DNA from: Candidatus Hadarchaeota archaeon
GTDB lineage: Archaea; CAYQAE01; CAYVLA01
DNA: 58,179 nucleotides
Assembly: GCA_964452145.1 (NCBI GenBank)
Contig: CAYVLA010000002.1
Coordinates: 59,754-117,932 of the forward strand
Reading direction: 5' to 3'
The notes beneath the pieces were generated by a model. It had not been told where the DNA came from. It saw only the letters and a program-made list of their open reading frames with translations, and ran no database searches. Within the stretch, counting starts at the first letter, position 1. Each line of letters opens with the position of its first letter. Shown here piece by piece: positions 1-9,532 of the stretch. Position numbers and translations under genes: made by a program.

Positions 1-37
1 ATAAACGTTCGAACATATTTGTTATCGGGTTGGTTCC

Positions 38-1009
38 GTGGAAACACGTTATCTACAGATGACATCGGGCGGAAGCTATCTGGTCTCACTGCCCAAGGAT
101 TGGGTGACCGATAACGGGCTGGAGAAGGGAAGCCAGGTCCGCGTTGCTAGGCTGGGCGAAACCGCGATCGTTGTGGATGCGAAGCCTCTGGAGAGGCCAA
201 AGCCCCGGTTGGTTGAGATAGACGCCGGGGAGGACATCGGGCGGGAGGTAACGGCCTGCTACCTCTCCGGTTTTGAGAGAATACTGGTGAGGTCGGGCAG
301 GATGATAACGGCTGGACAGAAGGAGGCCATAAGGGCCGCCGCCTCCCGCCTGGCGGGGATGGAGGTAATAAACGAAACTTCTGATAGCATCCTGCTGGCC
401 AACTTGGTGGTTCCAACCGATCTTTCGATCGAGGACATCATGAGAAGGATGCACCAGATAGGCAGTTCGATGCTGCTCGATGCGATCGAGTCTCTCGTCA
501 AGGGGGATCGAACGCTTGCCGAAAACGTGGTTGAGAGAGATGATTCGCTTGACAGGCTCTACTTCCTTCTCATACGTCTGTTGAAGATGGCGGTTGGTGA
601 CATCCTTCTCGCCGAGAAGATGGGAGTCTCACCTGCCCAGTGCCTCGACCTCCGCTTGGCGGCGAGCATGATGGAGAATGTGGGGGATGACTCAGTCCGG
701 ATCTGCTCGCTTCCCATCCCGAGGACGGAAGGGATGACCAACGGAAGGCTTCGGGATCTTGCAAGAGAGGTTTCGATCCTCTATGATCAAGCCAAGGACG
801 CGCTCCTCAATGGGAATTTCGGACTCTCCAACATGGTGATCAGGAACCGACCTAGGATCAGCGATCTGATATCGAGCCTGGGGGACCTCCCCAGCGAGTT
901 GCTGGCCAGCTTGGAGGATTTGGCCGCTAAGGTGTTCGATATCGCTGATGTCGTCACGGGGAGCAGGAGTTCGAAGAGACCCCGGGGCGAGCCTCATCGG
1001 TCGGGCTGA
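38..1009 (+). CDS. Archaeal phosphate uptake regulator (AbrB/MazE N-terminal domain + PhoU domains)
   Basis: N-terminal RYLQMTSGGSYLVSLPKDWV is the AbrB-type motif of archaeal PhoU regulators. PhoU repeat LAENVVERDDSLDRLYFL...MENVGD. GTG start. Confidence 0.9.
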   Translation: METRYLQMTSGGSYLVSLPKDWVTDNGLEKGSQVRVARLGETAIVVDAKPLERPKPRLVEIDAGEDIGREVTACYLSGFERILVRSGRMITAGQKEAIRAAASRLAGMEVINETSDSILLANLVVPTDLSIEDIMRRMHQIGSSMLLDAIESLVKGDRTLAENVVERDDSLDRLYFLLIRLLKMAVGDILLAEKMGVSPAQCLDLRLAASMMENVGDDSVRICSLPIPRTEGMTNGRLRDLAREVSILYDQAKDALLNGNFGLSNMVIRNRPRISDLISSLGDLPSELLASLEDLAAKVFDIADVVTGSRSSKRPRGEPHRSG

Positions 1010-2109
1010 TGCGTGCGCGAGAGCCTATCGCAGATCTGAAGCAGATCCGATACGCGCGAGTCGGGGACCTCGGGTGGGATGTCGGCAAGGACCACATCGC
1101 ACGGACCGTACTGGGACGCAATCCGTTCAAGATCGGATGCAATGGCTCCAATTGGCTTCTCCCTGATGTCGGCAGGGCTGTACATGATGGCTCGCCTCGT
1201 TTTGGGGAAAAGCTCCCTTGCTCTCCGAAGGTCGGATTCCATGCCCATATCGATGTAGCCCATCCGGGGGATGGTCGAGTACAGGTCCATATAGGGGTCG
1301 GCGCGCCAGGCGCAGTTATGTATGCCAACTAACCAGAAGGATCGCGCGATTCGTCGGTCCAGTGGCAGTTGGAATCGACCGTACTGCCTGGGCGAGATCA
1401 TGTTAACCAGGCAGTTGCTCAAGGTGAAGTGGCGAATCTCGACCCCCGATTCGGCTTGGCGCTGATAGAGCAGCTTGGCCCCGGTCGTCATCGTCTCCGC
1501 AACACAGTCGAAGATGTGCTCGACCCTTTCGGGTGCGAGGGCCATGTCTCTGAAGATTGCGTTTCCGCGGAGGCGGAAGGCGTTGTTGAGCACGCCTTGC
1601 CAGTTCATGAATCCCCAGACCGGGCCATTGTTTCGCTCGATCCAGTCGATCTGGGCCATGAGCTCGCTCCAGAGCTGGTTCGACTCAAGCTCAGGGGGTT
1701 GAAGATCGTCGGTGCTCTCGTCATCGAGCGACCAGCTGTGCTCGATCCAGGGCCAGTCCTCCTTCACGTAGCGAATCGGGGCTCCGTAGAGACCCGCGAC
1801 CAGTGTGGTGCCGTAGGTTCCAGTGAGCAGATCGGCTGGGCTATCAGGGTCTTGCATGATGCCCACATCGCAGAGATCTCCGAATCGCTTCTTGGTCTCT
1901 CTGGCCATGGCCACGATCGTGGTGCGACGGTATTCGGGGTCGGTGTGCCAGCGCTCACCGAAGTCGATATCCATCCTTCTGGAATACCAGCTCGGCACGA
2001 AACCTATCTCAGGCCTCAAGAAGGGCTCGCTGCCAGTGGCAGGCCGCCTGGTGGCGGGAGCGGCGTGTGCGATGTAGCTGAGAAGCTGCCCCATCGCTTC
2101 ATCCGACAT
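994..2109 (-). CDS. Uroporphyrinogen decarboxylase/MtaA-CmuA (URO-D-like) TIM-barrel protein
   Basis: WQGVLNNAFRLRGNAIFRDM, NMISPRQYGRFQLP, GIHNC and DLRRARELFP match URO-D-like superfamily segments. Confidence 0.7.
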   Translation of the reverse strand: MSDEAMGQLLSYIAHAAPATRRPATGSEPFLRPEIGFVPSWYSRRMDIDFGERWHTDPEYRRTTIVAMARETKKRFGDLCDVGIMQDPDSPADLLTGTYGTTLVAGLYGAPIRYVKEDWPWIEHSWSLDDESTDDLQPPELESNQLWSELMAQIDWIERNNGPVWGFMNWQGVLNNAFRLRGNAIFRDMALAPERVEHIFDCVAETMTTGAKLLYQRQAESGVEIRHFTLSNCLVNMISPRQYGRFQLPLDRRIARSFWLVGIHNCAWRADPYMDLYSTIPRMGYIDMGMESDLRRARELFPKTRRAIMYSPADIREKPIGAIASDLERIASQYGPCDVVLADIPPEVPDSRVSDLLQICDRLSRTHQPDR

Positions 2110-2184
2110 ACCGTTCGACCGGCTCTCTCCGCAGAAATATTGCGCGGTTGGATTCTCGCGTCCGGCGGGAGTGGGTGAGTATTC

Positions 2185-3495
2185 CTATCGGTTCCGCTTC
2201 CTTTGGGCCAGGATCGCAAGTGAGGCGCTCATTGTGATCGTGGCCACGGCACCTACCGCAAGCAGGGCGGATTTCGAGCTTTGTTTCCTTCGGCCGAGCA
2301 TGCGGGCAATTCCCTTCTCGATCAATGGGGCGGCCTTCGGTCCGACGGACATGGATTCCTCATACCGGGAAGGATCGAAGTCCTCCTCCGCAATGATGTA
2401 GCCAAGCTCATCGTTTGCCAACCCCACGAGGATCTTGTACTTCGCGGCCATGAGGGACTTGATCGCTAGCCCAACTTTTGGAAGGGCCTCCCCAGGAATC
2501 GTCACCATCTCCACACCTCCCAATCTCAGAAGATGGAGTTCCGTCCGGACCTTACCTTGTCTGAAGCTGCGCATAATGACTCCTGCTTTCTTGAGAGCGA
2601 GGAAGTTCCGGTTGGCAACGGGGATCTCCACGGTGGCGATCAGGTGGCTTAGGTTGGTGCACATCATGACGGGAGCCGATTTCAGACAATTGACGGCCTC
2701 GATGGCCGTTGTGGAACCGATTCGTTCCGCTTCCTCGAAGGTGTTGGCCGCGACATCGGGCGTGACCATGCCCCCCAGAGCACCGTTCTGAAATAGGCAA
2801 ATCCCACCCAGAATGCCCTCGACCGTCGAATAGAGATAGTTCGGCCAATCGCAAGATATCAGGGTGTTCTTGGATCCCAGCGCCTCCGGGTGGTTGGCGA
2901 AGTTGACCAAGGCTGCGATCGTGCCGCCCTCCGCGTTCTCGGCCCTGATTGCCACCAGGGTCGGATCGAGCAATCCCGGGTCCCTTCCATTCCGCGATAC
3001 CCCCATCACGGTCGTCTGGCCGATTCGCAGCCTCGCCTCGACCAGGTTGTCGTTTGCCTGCCTGATGCAATCGATCGCGTTCTTCCTAAGGAGAACGATG
3101 TAACCAGGATCGACTCCGGACACGCCGACTTCCTGTCCCCAAAGGCCCAAGGTATCTGGTCCCTCATGGTTGTGGGTACAGGATACGATGATGTCCTCAG
3201 GTCGAAGCTGGTCGGATGCTGCTCCCTTTCGAATCACATCGACCTCGTCCAGAAAGAGGCCAATCAGGTCCAAGGACAGCAGGGCAACCCTCCTTCCATC
3301 CACCTCCAATACCAGGCAACGGGCCCAGATTGGGTCATGAACGCCTGTACTCGACCTACCCATCCCATATCCGGCTATGTACGCCCTGGTGGTAGGAGTT
3401 ATGTCGACCTTTGCTGCTCCGGCCTTGATCGAAGCCTCTGAAAGGCCGGAGGCCCCCAGCAGCACTCCCGCTATCGTGAAGAGGATTTTCCTCAC
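2185..3495 (-). CDS. Neutral/alkaline ceramidase-like hydrolase, secreted and C-terminally anchored
   Basis: KAGAAKVDITP, GVHDPIWARCLVL, SCTHNHEGP, LVNFANHP, IPGE and GLANDELGYI. Signal peptide plus C-terminal hydrophobic helix ending RKRNR. Confidence 0.8.
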   Translation of the reverse strand: MRKILFTIAGVLLGASGLSEASIKAGAAKVDITPTTRAYIAGYGMGRSSTGVHDPIWARCLVLEVDGRRVALLSLDLIGLFLDEVDVIRKGAASDQLRPEDIIVSCTHNHEGPDTLGLWGQEVGVSGVDPGYIVLLRKNAIDCIRQANDNLVEARLRIGQTTVMGVSRNGRDPGLLDPTLVAIRAENAEGGTIAALVNFANHPEALGSKNTLISCDWPNYLYSTVEGILGGICLFQNGALGGMVTPDVAANTFEEAERIGSTTAIEAVNCLKSAPVMMCTNLSHLIATVEIPVANRNFLALKKAGVIMRSFRQGKVRTELHLLRLGGVEMVTIPGEALPKVGLAIKSLMAAKYKILVGLANDELGYIIAEEDFDPSRYEESMSVGPKAAPLIEKGIARMLGRRKQSSKSALLAVGAVATITMSASLAILAQRKRNR

Positions 3496-3667
3496 GTTCG
3501 GAGCGAGGCGGCGCTGGGTTATATCTATTTGGGGGGCTGTGAACAGCGGCTCTGGGGCCTAGTCCGTCAAATTAGACCAGAATGCTCAGTTCTGTTGCAG
3601 ATAATGGCTGAGATTCGTGAATCTCTTGCGAGCCCACCGATAATGAAGGGAATCCATTCCGGTAATA

Positions 3668-3676
3668 TTTATAAAA
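3668..3676 (+). promoter_or_regulatory. Putative TATA box for the Lrp/AsnC gene
   Basis: TTTATAAAA in an AT-rich tract about 35 nt upstream of the TTG at 3711. Confidence 0.5.
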
Positions 3677-3710
3677 GAAATTGTAGCTTTTCCAGAAAGA
3701 GGTACACCTA

Positions 3711-4169
3711 TTGTTGAGACGGGACTTCTCTAGCCAAGACAAGCGGCTTGCGGAGCTTCTTGTGACCGGAAGGGAGCCCAAGCGCATCGCTAGAGAGATG
3801 TCGGTACCAGCCAGCAAGGTCTACTATAGGATCAACCGCCTCAAGAAGCTCGGTGTCATCGCTTCGAAGGGATACACGATAGATTTCGAGAATCTGGGCT
3901 ACAACATCGCATCCTTGATAGTGGCGAGAACTAGGGGTCCCAATCCTGCCTCCATCATCAACAGGCAGTCCCCGGTGGATGGCATCCTTGACCAGAAGGT
4001 TCCAGGAATGATCATCCGTTACGTGGGATCTTCAGAGAACGGAACGGTGATATTCATACTTGCCTACTTCGAACGGATCCAGGTGATCGATGATTTCACG
4101 ATTCACTTGAGAGAGATTCTCGAGATAGAGAGCCTGGAGAAGTACCTGATATCATCCTGCTTCCCGTAA
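3711..4169 (+). CDS. Lrp/AsnC-family winged-helix transcriptional regulator with a divergent C-terminal domain
   Basis: RIAREMSVPASKVYYRINRLKKLGVI...YTIDFENLGY is the typical Lrp HTH and linker. Confidence 0.8.
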   Translation: MLRRDFSSQDKRLAELLVTGREPKRIAREMSVPASKVYYRINRLKKLGVIASKGYTIDFENLGYNIASLIVARTRGPNPASIINRQSPVDGILDQKVPGMIIRYVGSSENGTVIFILAYFERIQVIDDFTIHLREILEIESLEKYLISSCFP

Positions 4170-4545
4170 GTGGCAGCGTCGCCGTTGCCTGACCTCGGTC
4201 CACCTGCATATTAGCGAGCCGGCCTGATCGAGAGCGCCTTCTGCACGCGCCAGAATCAGGAACATCCCCTACAGCCTCCTTTCGGGGGCAAGGAAACTTG
4301 GCGCCAAGATCGTGTCTTCCGTCCATTGCGAGGGATATCGCGGTCCTCGATGCGTTGAAGAACATGCAAGAGCGTCCCTATATCTCGTCCATGATGCCCC
4401 GGAAAGAGACTTGGGGAACAATCCTCGGCCCAGATATCCACACTTTATTTTCCAGTTTCGGGGTTATTTTCGTAAGATTTATCAGTAAGTGTGCCGATAG
4501 TGCGTACATAGTACCGTGATGCGGAAAATGTGTGGAGGAGTATCG

Positions 4546-4701
4546 GTGGAGCGACTTTCCAGGAGGCTGCGTGGGCTGTGCACACTGATCTTTGTGGTGG
4601 ACGCGATCGTCGCGTTGGCGTACTTGGCCGTTACGTGTCCACATCTGCTAATGGCCCCTTGGCTGCTTTCGGAGGGTCGCTGGCTCTCTGCCCTGCTCTA
4701 G
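4546..4701 (+). CDS. Small membrane protein (about 51 aa)
   Basis: GGAGGAG SD before GTG at 4546. Hydrophobic stretch LCTLIFVVDAIVALAYLAV. Confidence 0.45.
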   Translation: MERLSRRLRGLCTLIFVVDAIVALAYLAVTCPHLLMAPWLLSEGRWLSALL

Positions 4702-4783
4702 GATGAGTCCCAGATCGGCATCCGGAATAGGGCAGGACAAGCGACTCGAAAGCCTTTTTCTTGGATCATATGATCGCCTCTCC

Positions 4784-5548
4784 ATGGTCGAGCGATCCCT
4801 GCTTGGGCACGTTGATCTCCACGTCCACACCATACACTCCAACTGCGGCAAGGCTGGAATGAACCCGGGAGCGGTGGCTCGGATCTACGAGTCCAAGGGC
4901 TATCAAGCGATAGGTTTCACCGATCACTATGATCCGGTCCTAACCCCCGAGAAGATCAGGCAGACCAAGGAGGAGTTGGCGGAGTGCGACGTTGACATCC
5001 GGGTACTCGTGGGGACCGAGGCCTGTGTATACTTGCCGGGTTGGCCGAGGCAGGAGTTGCGCAAGTACAGATCTAGGCACCTGGATTTCTGCATCCTCGC
5101 CCCTAGCCATCGTCCCGCCGGCGCGGAGTCGCTGCAATTCTCACGGTTGCCCCTTGAGGTACAAGTTTCAAGGGTAATGGATTCTTTCATCGAGGCCGTC
5201 GGATGCGATTTCGCGGACGCGGTCGCACACCCATTTGCATATGAGCCAAGCCAGATACCGGCCCGGGAAGAGGTCCTGGACTCTTTGCCCCAGGATGACC
5301 TTGGCTGGGCCTTAGAGGTGGCAAGACGGAACGGAATAGCCATGGAGCTAAGCCCTCGAGTCCTCAGGCTTCCGGAATCGTTTCTTTCCAGGTTCATGCG
5401 ACTATGCCGGGATATCGGCGTTTCCTTCTCCATAGGGGGCGATGTCCACGCTCTCGCAAGCATAGGTAACGATGCCTTGGTGCTACCGCTGGTGCGCAGG
5501 TTCAAGATCCCGGACGACCTGTTATGGCTCCCGCGACGGGCAGAGTAG
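4784..5548 (+). CDS. PHP-domain metal-dependent phosphoesterase
   Basis: DLHVHT, GFTDH, GTE, AHP and GGDVH metal-binding motifs. ATG at 4784 preferred over the ORF-track start at 4703. Confidence 0.85.
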   Translation: MVERSLLGHVDLHVHTIHSNCGKAGMNPGAVARIYESKGYQAIGFTDHYDPVLTPEKIRQTKEELAECDVDIRVLVGTEACVYLPGWPRQELRKYRSRHLDFCILAPSHRPAGAESLQFSRLPLEVQVSRVMDSFIEAVGCDFADAVAHPFAYEPSQIPAREEVLDSLPQDDLGWALEVARRNGIAMELSPRVLRLPESFLSRFMRLCRDIGVSFSIGGDVHALASIGNDALVLPLVRRFKIPDDLLWLPRRAE

Positions 5549-5610
5549 ACCGGGTCAGCAGTCAGTCAGCGGCAGCAAAGACTTTTCTTCGCCAGCGATG
5601 AGCGACAATC

Positions 5611-6417
5611 ATGGCTGTTGAGCCCATTCCCGGAGGTCAGCCGGACCCGGGCATTCGGGAGAAGCTCAGAGTGGCCGGGATAGTCGAGGATACGGTCTCA
5701 TTCTACCGGAGGCACTTCATCTCGTTTCTCACCGTGTTCCTTATCGCGAACGCGATCGTGTGGACCGTCCAGTACTATGCTTCCGGAAGGGTTGCGGACG
5801 CCATGGAAAGTCGCGATTTGAATCTCACCCATATCCTCGAACATCCCGAGGAATCGGCGCCCGAGGTAGTGGCACTCATGCTCGATATCTTCCTCCTCTT
5901 CCTAGCGACGTCGTTCGTCCTCCTCGTTGTAATGCTCGTGTTCCATGGCGCTTCGATTAGATTCGTGCAGGAGTCGCTTTCCGGGGGCCAGCCTGATTGG
6001 TCCCAGAGCTTCGCCCACGCTTTCTCTCGGTTTCCGAGACTCTTGGGGGCAACGATCATCGCGGGAATGATCGTGGTGCTTGGCCTGGTGGCCTTCGTGA
6101 TTCCGGGTCTGGTGATCATGATGATGTTCATACTGGTGCCACAGGCGGTGGTGCTGGAGGATCGGGGATCTATCGGTGCTCTGAGCAGGAGCAGCCGCCT
6201 GACCTCCGGGAACAAGATGACGATATTCCTGTTTTTCCTGTTCTGGGTAGTCGTGCTTTCTCTATTCTACATGATTCTGGGGTCCGTACCCGTTGGACGT
6301 ACCTTTCAGGCCGTGGAGTTCCTGGCCTCAACCCTCTTTGCGCCAGTTATCCCGATATCCACCACCGTCATGTACCACAAGCTCAATGTGTATCTGCCCG
6401 AAGCGTTCCCGGCTTGA
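5611..6417 (+). CDS. Multi-pass membrane protein of unknown function
   Basis: About 6 TM helices. FVIPGLVIMMMFILVPQAVVLEDRGSIGALSRSSRLTSG is a common uncharacterised membrane-family signature. Confidence 0.75.
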   Translation: MAVEPIPGGQPDPGIREKLRVAGIVEDTVSFYRRHFISFLTVFLIANAIVWTVQYYASGRVADAMESRDLNLTHILEHPEESAPEVVALMLDIFLLFLATSFVLLVVMLVFHGASIRFVQESLSGGQPDWSQSFAHAFSRFPRLLGATIIAGMIVVLGLVAFVIPGLVIMMMFILVPQAVVLEDRGSIGALSRSSRLTSGNKMTIFLFFLFWVVVLSLFYMILGSVPVGRTFQAVEFLASTLFAPVIPISTTVMYHKLNVYLPEAFPA

Positions 6418-6519
6418 GCAGGGGTCTCGGCCTCTGGAACATGTGCATATGTGACCCGAAATTTATATTAGAGTGTCTGAAACAGAAGCGCGCGAACGAA
6501 TTCCCGGAGATGTTGAGGT

Positions 6520-7380
6520 TTGAGCAATAGGAGGGAGATGGTCGGGGTTGGGTTGGTTGCCCTTACGGCGTCCACGATACTGACCATGTTCTTGATCGGC
6601 GAGAGAGCGGAACATCCGGTTGATATCTTGGAGAATGCGTTCCCGCCTCAGATCAGGCACGATCTGCGGAATACCTTCTCTTTTGCCACGATAGCGAGGA
6701 AGCCGGTGGAGCAGCTCGTAGTTCAGGTATCTTGCCTCAATCGTTTCGACCTGAAGGATATGGGCATCAACGTTACCAAGAAGGGCAGGGAGGGGATGAT
6801 GTCCATTCGGATGATCTCGGATCTCTCTACTATGGCCGGGAAAGCAGGACTTGACCCAGTGGAGTTCGAGGTGAAAAGGGTCGAGAGGAACAGGACCGAG
6901 TACTCGATGTACGTGATCGACTTCACCGACGTACTTCGGCCGGTCGTGGACCCCCGCGTACTTGCGGGCTACGCCGGGGCCGGCTTGTCAACGGTGTATG
7001 CGGCCCTGTTCAACGAGACAGGCCTAGCGTACCTTTACGGTGGCAGCCGGGACTTCTTCAACAACAGAAACGGCAGCATAAGTGAGCTGAGCATCGCTTA
7101 CAATGACGACAAGGAGGTCTACAAGAGGATGAAGGAGCTTTCGCCCAGCGAGATAGCTTCGGGTGTTCCCTCCCTCCTAGATGCACCTGCCATGGGGACT
7201 CTGGTCTACGACCAGCTGAAAAGGGATGATACGCTGAGGCTGGCCTTCTCGGTCGACAGGTCCACCGTAGGCGGGTACGATGCCCAACTGAGAATACACT
7301 ACGAAGACAAGTTGCAGTTGGTCCGGGTCATCGTCAACGGCGAAGATCAGACGAATCTGGCCAACTTCTGCCTCGCCTAG
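6520..7380 (+). CDS. Hypothetical N-terminally anchored protein
   Basis: 286-aa ORF with an N-terminal hydrophobic helix. TATA-like TTTATATTA at about 6462. Confidence 0.7.
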   Translation: MSNRREMVGVGLVALTASTILTMFLIGERAEHPVDILENAFPPQIRHDLRNTFSFATIARKPVEQLVVQVSCLNRFDLKDMGINVTKKGREGMMSIRMISDLSTMAGKAGLDPVEFEVKRVERNRTEYSMYVIDFTDVLRPVVDPRVLAGYAGAGLSTVYAALFNETGLAYLYGGSRDFFNNRNGSISELSIAYNDDKEVYKRMKELSPSEIASGVPSLLDAPAMGTLVYDQLKRDDTLRLAFSVDRSTVGGYDAQLRIHYEDKLQLVRVIVNGEDQTNLANFCLA

Positions 7381-7495
7381 TGTTGTGTATCCAACGGACC
7401 TACACCTATCCCGACACGGTTCAAAGGGGGAGAAACGTGCACGCCTCCCCGAAAGCCCCTAGGGACATAGGTACAGAGACTTGGCATACGTCACG

Positions 7496-9424
7496 CTAGG
7501 CCGGCTTGGCGTAGGTATGCATGAGCTGGCGATCGGCCTCGTAGGCTTGACTCAGCCTTCTGAGGTTCTCCTTCAGAGTCGCCTTCTCCACCATCGCCAT
7601 GTCGGGCTCCTCGAGGGCCTGATAAAGTATCGCCCCCTCAGTCTGCGCCGGTATGGGCAGATCCATGAGGTAGCAGACCGTGGGCACGATGTCGGTCAAC
7701 CACACCGTCCTTTCGAGCTGGTGGTTTCTCCTGATTCCCGGACCCGCCATCAGAAGGAAGCCCTCAAGCGATCCAATTCCGTACTTGGCGGTCGGGAGAT
7801 GGGTGCCATGCTGCCCTCCAAACTCGGGACCAAGGGAGTAGATGACATCGCCGACCTTCTTCCCATATAGGCCCAATACCCTGGCGTCCTCCTTCCTCAG
7901 GACCAGAGTGAACGGCTTCTTCCCGGTCTCGGGGTCCGCGTAGTCGTAGAGGGCCGAGATGATCTCGTCCCTGACGCTTTCGTAGTCCTGCGGATCCACG
8001 ATGCCCTCCGGGTCTCGTCCCTTCAGGTTGACGTATATGTAGGCCGCCCTCTGCGGGATGGCCTTGGTCTTGGACCAATCCACCGCCCTCTTGCCGGAGT
8101 TACCCTGTTTGAAGGCGAGAAGCCCTTTGTCCGCAAGGATATCGGCCACTTGGACCCCTCGTCCGCTGGCCTTTGCGCCGTGGTCCGAAACCAGTATGAT
8201 GAGGGCATTCTCGCCCGCGGCCCCAACGATCTTGGAGATCATCCTGTCAAGGCTCTTGTAGAAGCCCGTCTCGGCCCTGGCAAACTCCTCCCTCCGCGAC
8301 GAGTCAGAAGATGTCAGGGGATCGATCTTGGTCGAATATGAGTGGTACGCGTAGTCCGGGATGTGGTTGTGCATGAAAAACAGGGCCCACTCCTTGGATA
8401 GCATGAGGTGGACCGCGGCATCGGCCAACCAGGCATTGTGGAACTCAACGATCTCCAGGTAAGTGTCGATGTCTATCCATTCGAGGTTGAGCGCCTCGTA
8501 CCCGGCAAGGGGTATCGGCAGCCCTCCATCCGACCTGATCTCCGAGGCAAGTTCAGCTGGATGGGACCATCCATCCAGGGCGCAGAGAGGCGTGAGGTAC
8601 AGCCGGAGCCTCTGTGCATCCGGAGACAGCTCGAGGAGTTTCATGGCGAAAGCGGCTCTCTTCGGGCCTATTTCCGTTTCGAAGGACTCCACGATGAACG
8701 GGGACCATTGCCCGGGCTTCAGTTCAGCGAGGACGGTGGCGTTTGGGTCATCCCTCAGGACTGTTACCCTGTCGTATCCGCAGCCCTGGACGTCCTCCAC
8801 CTGCAGATGCCACACGACCTCGCGGAGCGGGAATCTCGCCCTTCGCTGGGCAAGCCTCAGAGATGCGCCCAGCCTCTTTCTACTCCCTTCCGGGGGTATC
8901 TCGGAGAGTTCGATCAAAGTTGCCTGGGGGTACTCCTGCGTCGAGAACAGCTGTTCGTCGGCAAGGGTGCAGGAATACGGCAATTCGTGCGGGTTCTCGA
9001 ATCTCCATTCGTTAATGCTAAGCCCGGCGCCCCCGATCTGGCAGCCTGATTTCAGCGAAGGTGGCCATGTTGTGGGGTAGTTTAGGAGGATGGTCCTCTT
9101 GCCGACTTCGGCCGCCTTGTTCCAGATCAGCTCGGCCTCACACTCCCTCACATCAAAGGCGGGACGCGTCAGATCGAGGGGATCACCCGGGGTGTGCGTG
9201 TTGAAACAGGTGATCTGATGGGTCCCAGGCCAAGCACCCGTCACGATGGTTATCCAGTTGGGTGGCGTGATAGTCGGGAAGGGCACCATGCAGTTGGATG
9301 CCAGGGTCCCTCTTTCGATCAAGCTTGCGATGGCTGGAAGCTCGCCTTCCGCGGCCAGGCAACGGATCCTGGGCACGATTGGCGCATCCAGCCCGATCAG
9401 AACCAGCTTCTCAGGTCGCCTCAA
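7496..9424 (-). CDS. Alkaline-phosphatase superfamily nucleotide pyrophosphatase/phosphodiesterase
   Basis: LVLIGLDA, PTITPPNW (Thr nucleophile), ILVSDHG, IYVNLKGRDPEGIV and DIVPT. Confidence 0.88.
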   Translation of the reverse strand: MRRPEKLVLIGLDAPIVPRIRCLAAEGELPAIASLIERGTLASNCMVPFPTITPPNWITIVTGAWPGTHQITCFNTHTPGDPLDLTRPAFDVRECEAELIWNKAAEVGKRTILLNYPTTWPPSLKSGCQIGGAGLSINEWRFENPHELPYSCTLADEQLFSTQEYPQATLIELSEIPPEGSRKRLGASLRLAQRRARFPLREVVWHLQVEDVQGCGYDRVTVLRDDPNATVLAELKPGQWSPFIVESFETEIGPKRAAFAMKLLELSPDAQRLRLYLTPLCALDGWSHPAELASEIRSDGGLPIPLAGYEALNLEWIDIDTYLEIVEFHNAWLADAAVHLMLSKEWALFFMHNHIPDYAYHSYSTKIDPLTSSDSSRREEFARAETGFYKSLDRMISKIVGAAGENALIILVSDHGAKASGRGVQVADILADKGLLAFKQGNSGKRAVDWSKTKAIPQRAAYIYVNLKGRDPEGIVDPQDYESVRDEIISALYDYADPETGKKPFTLVLRKEDARVLGLYGKKVGDVIYSLGPEFGGQHGTHLPTAKYGIGSLEGFLLMAGPGIRRNHQLERTVWLTDIVPTVCYLMDLPIPAQTEGAILYQALEEPDMAMVEKATLKENLRRLSQAYEADRQLMHTYAKPA

Positions 9425-9532
9425 GACCGACCACCTTGGTGTAACGTGAGCCGCATTTCAAAAATGTGTTTGGCACCGTTGCCTACCAGAACCGCGTGCG
9501 AAAGACACATATCTAAGAGCCGTGCCCCGAAG

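Noticed and set aside
4448..4465. TTCCAG-containing motifs in AT-rich tracts (also near 3690 and 44041) as ORB origin boxes
   Set aside because: They lack the full TCCAGTGGAAA..GGGG consensus, and no cdc6/orc1 gene is in the window.
9194..9532. ORF-track N-terminal extensions (helicase, M16, LigA, last URO-D gene)
   Set aside because: They overlap divergent genes or promoters and lie before the family N-terminal motifs. Downstream starts fit better.
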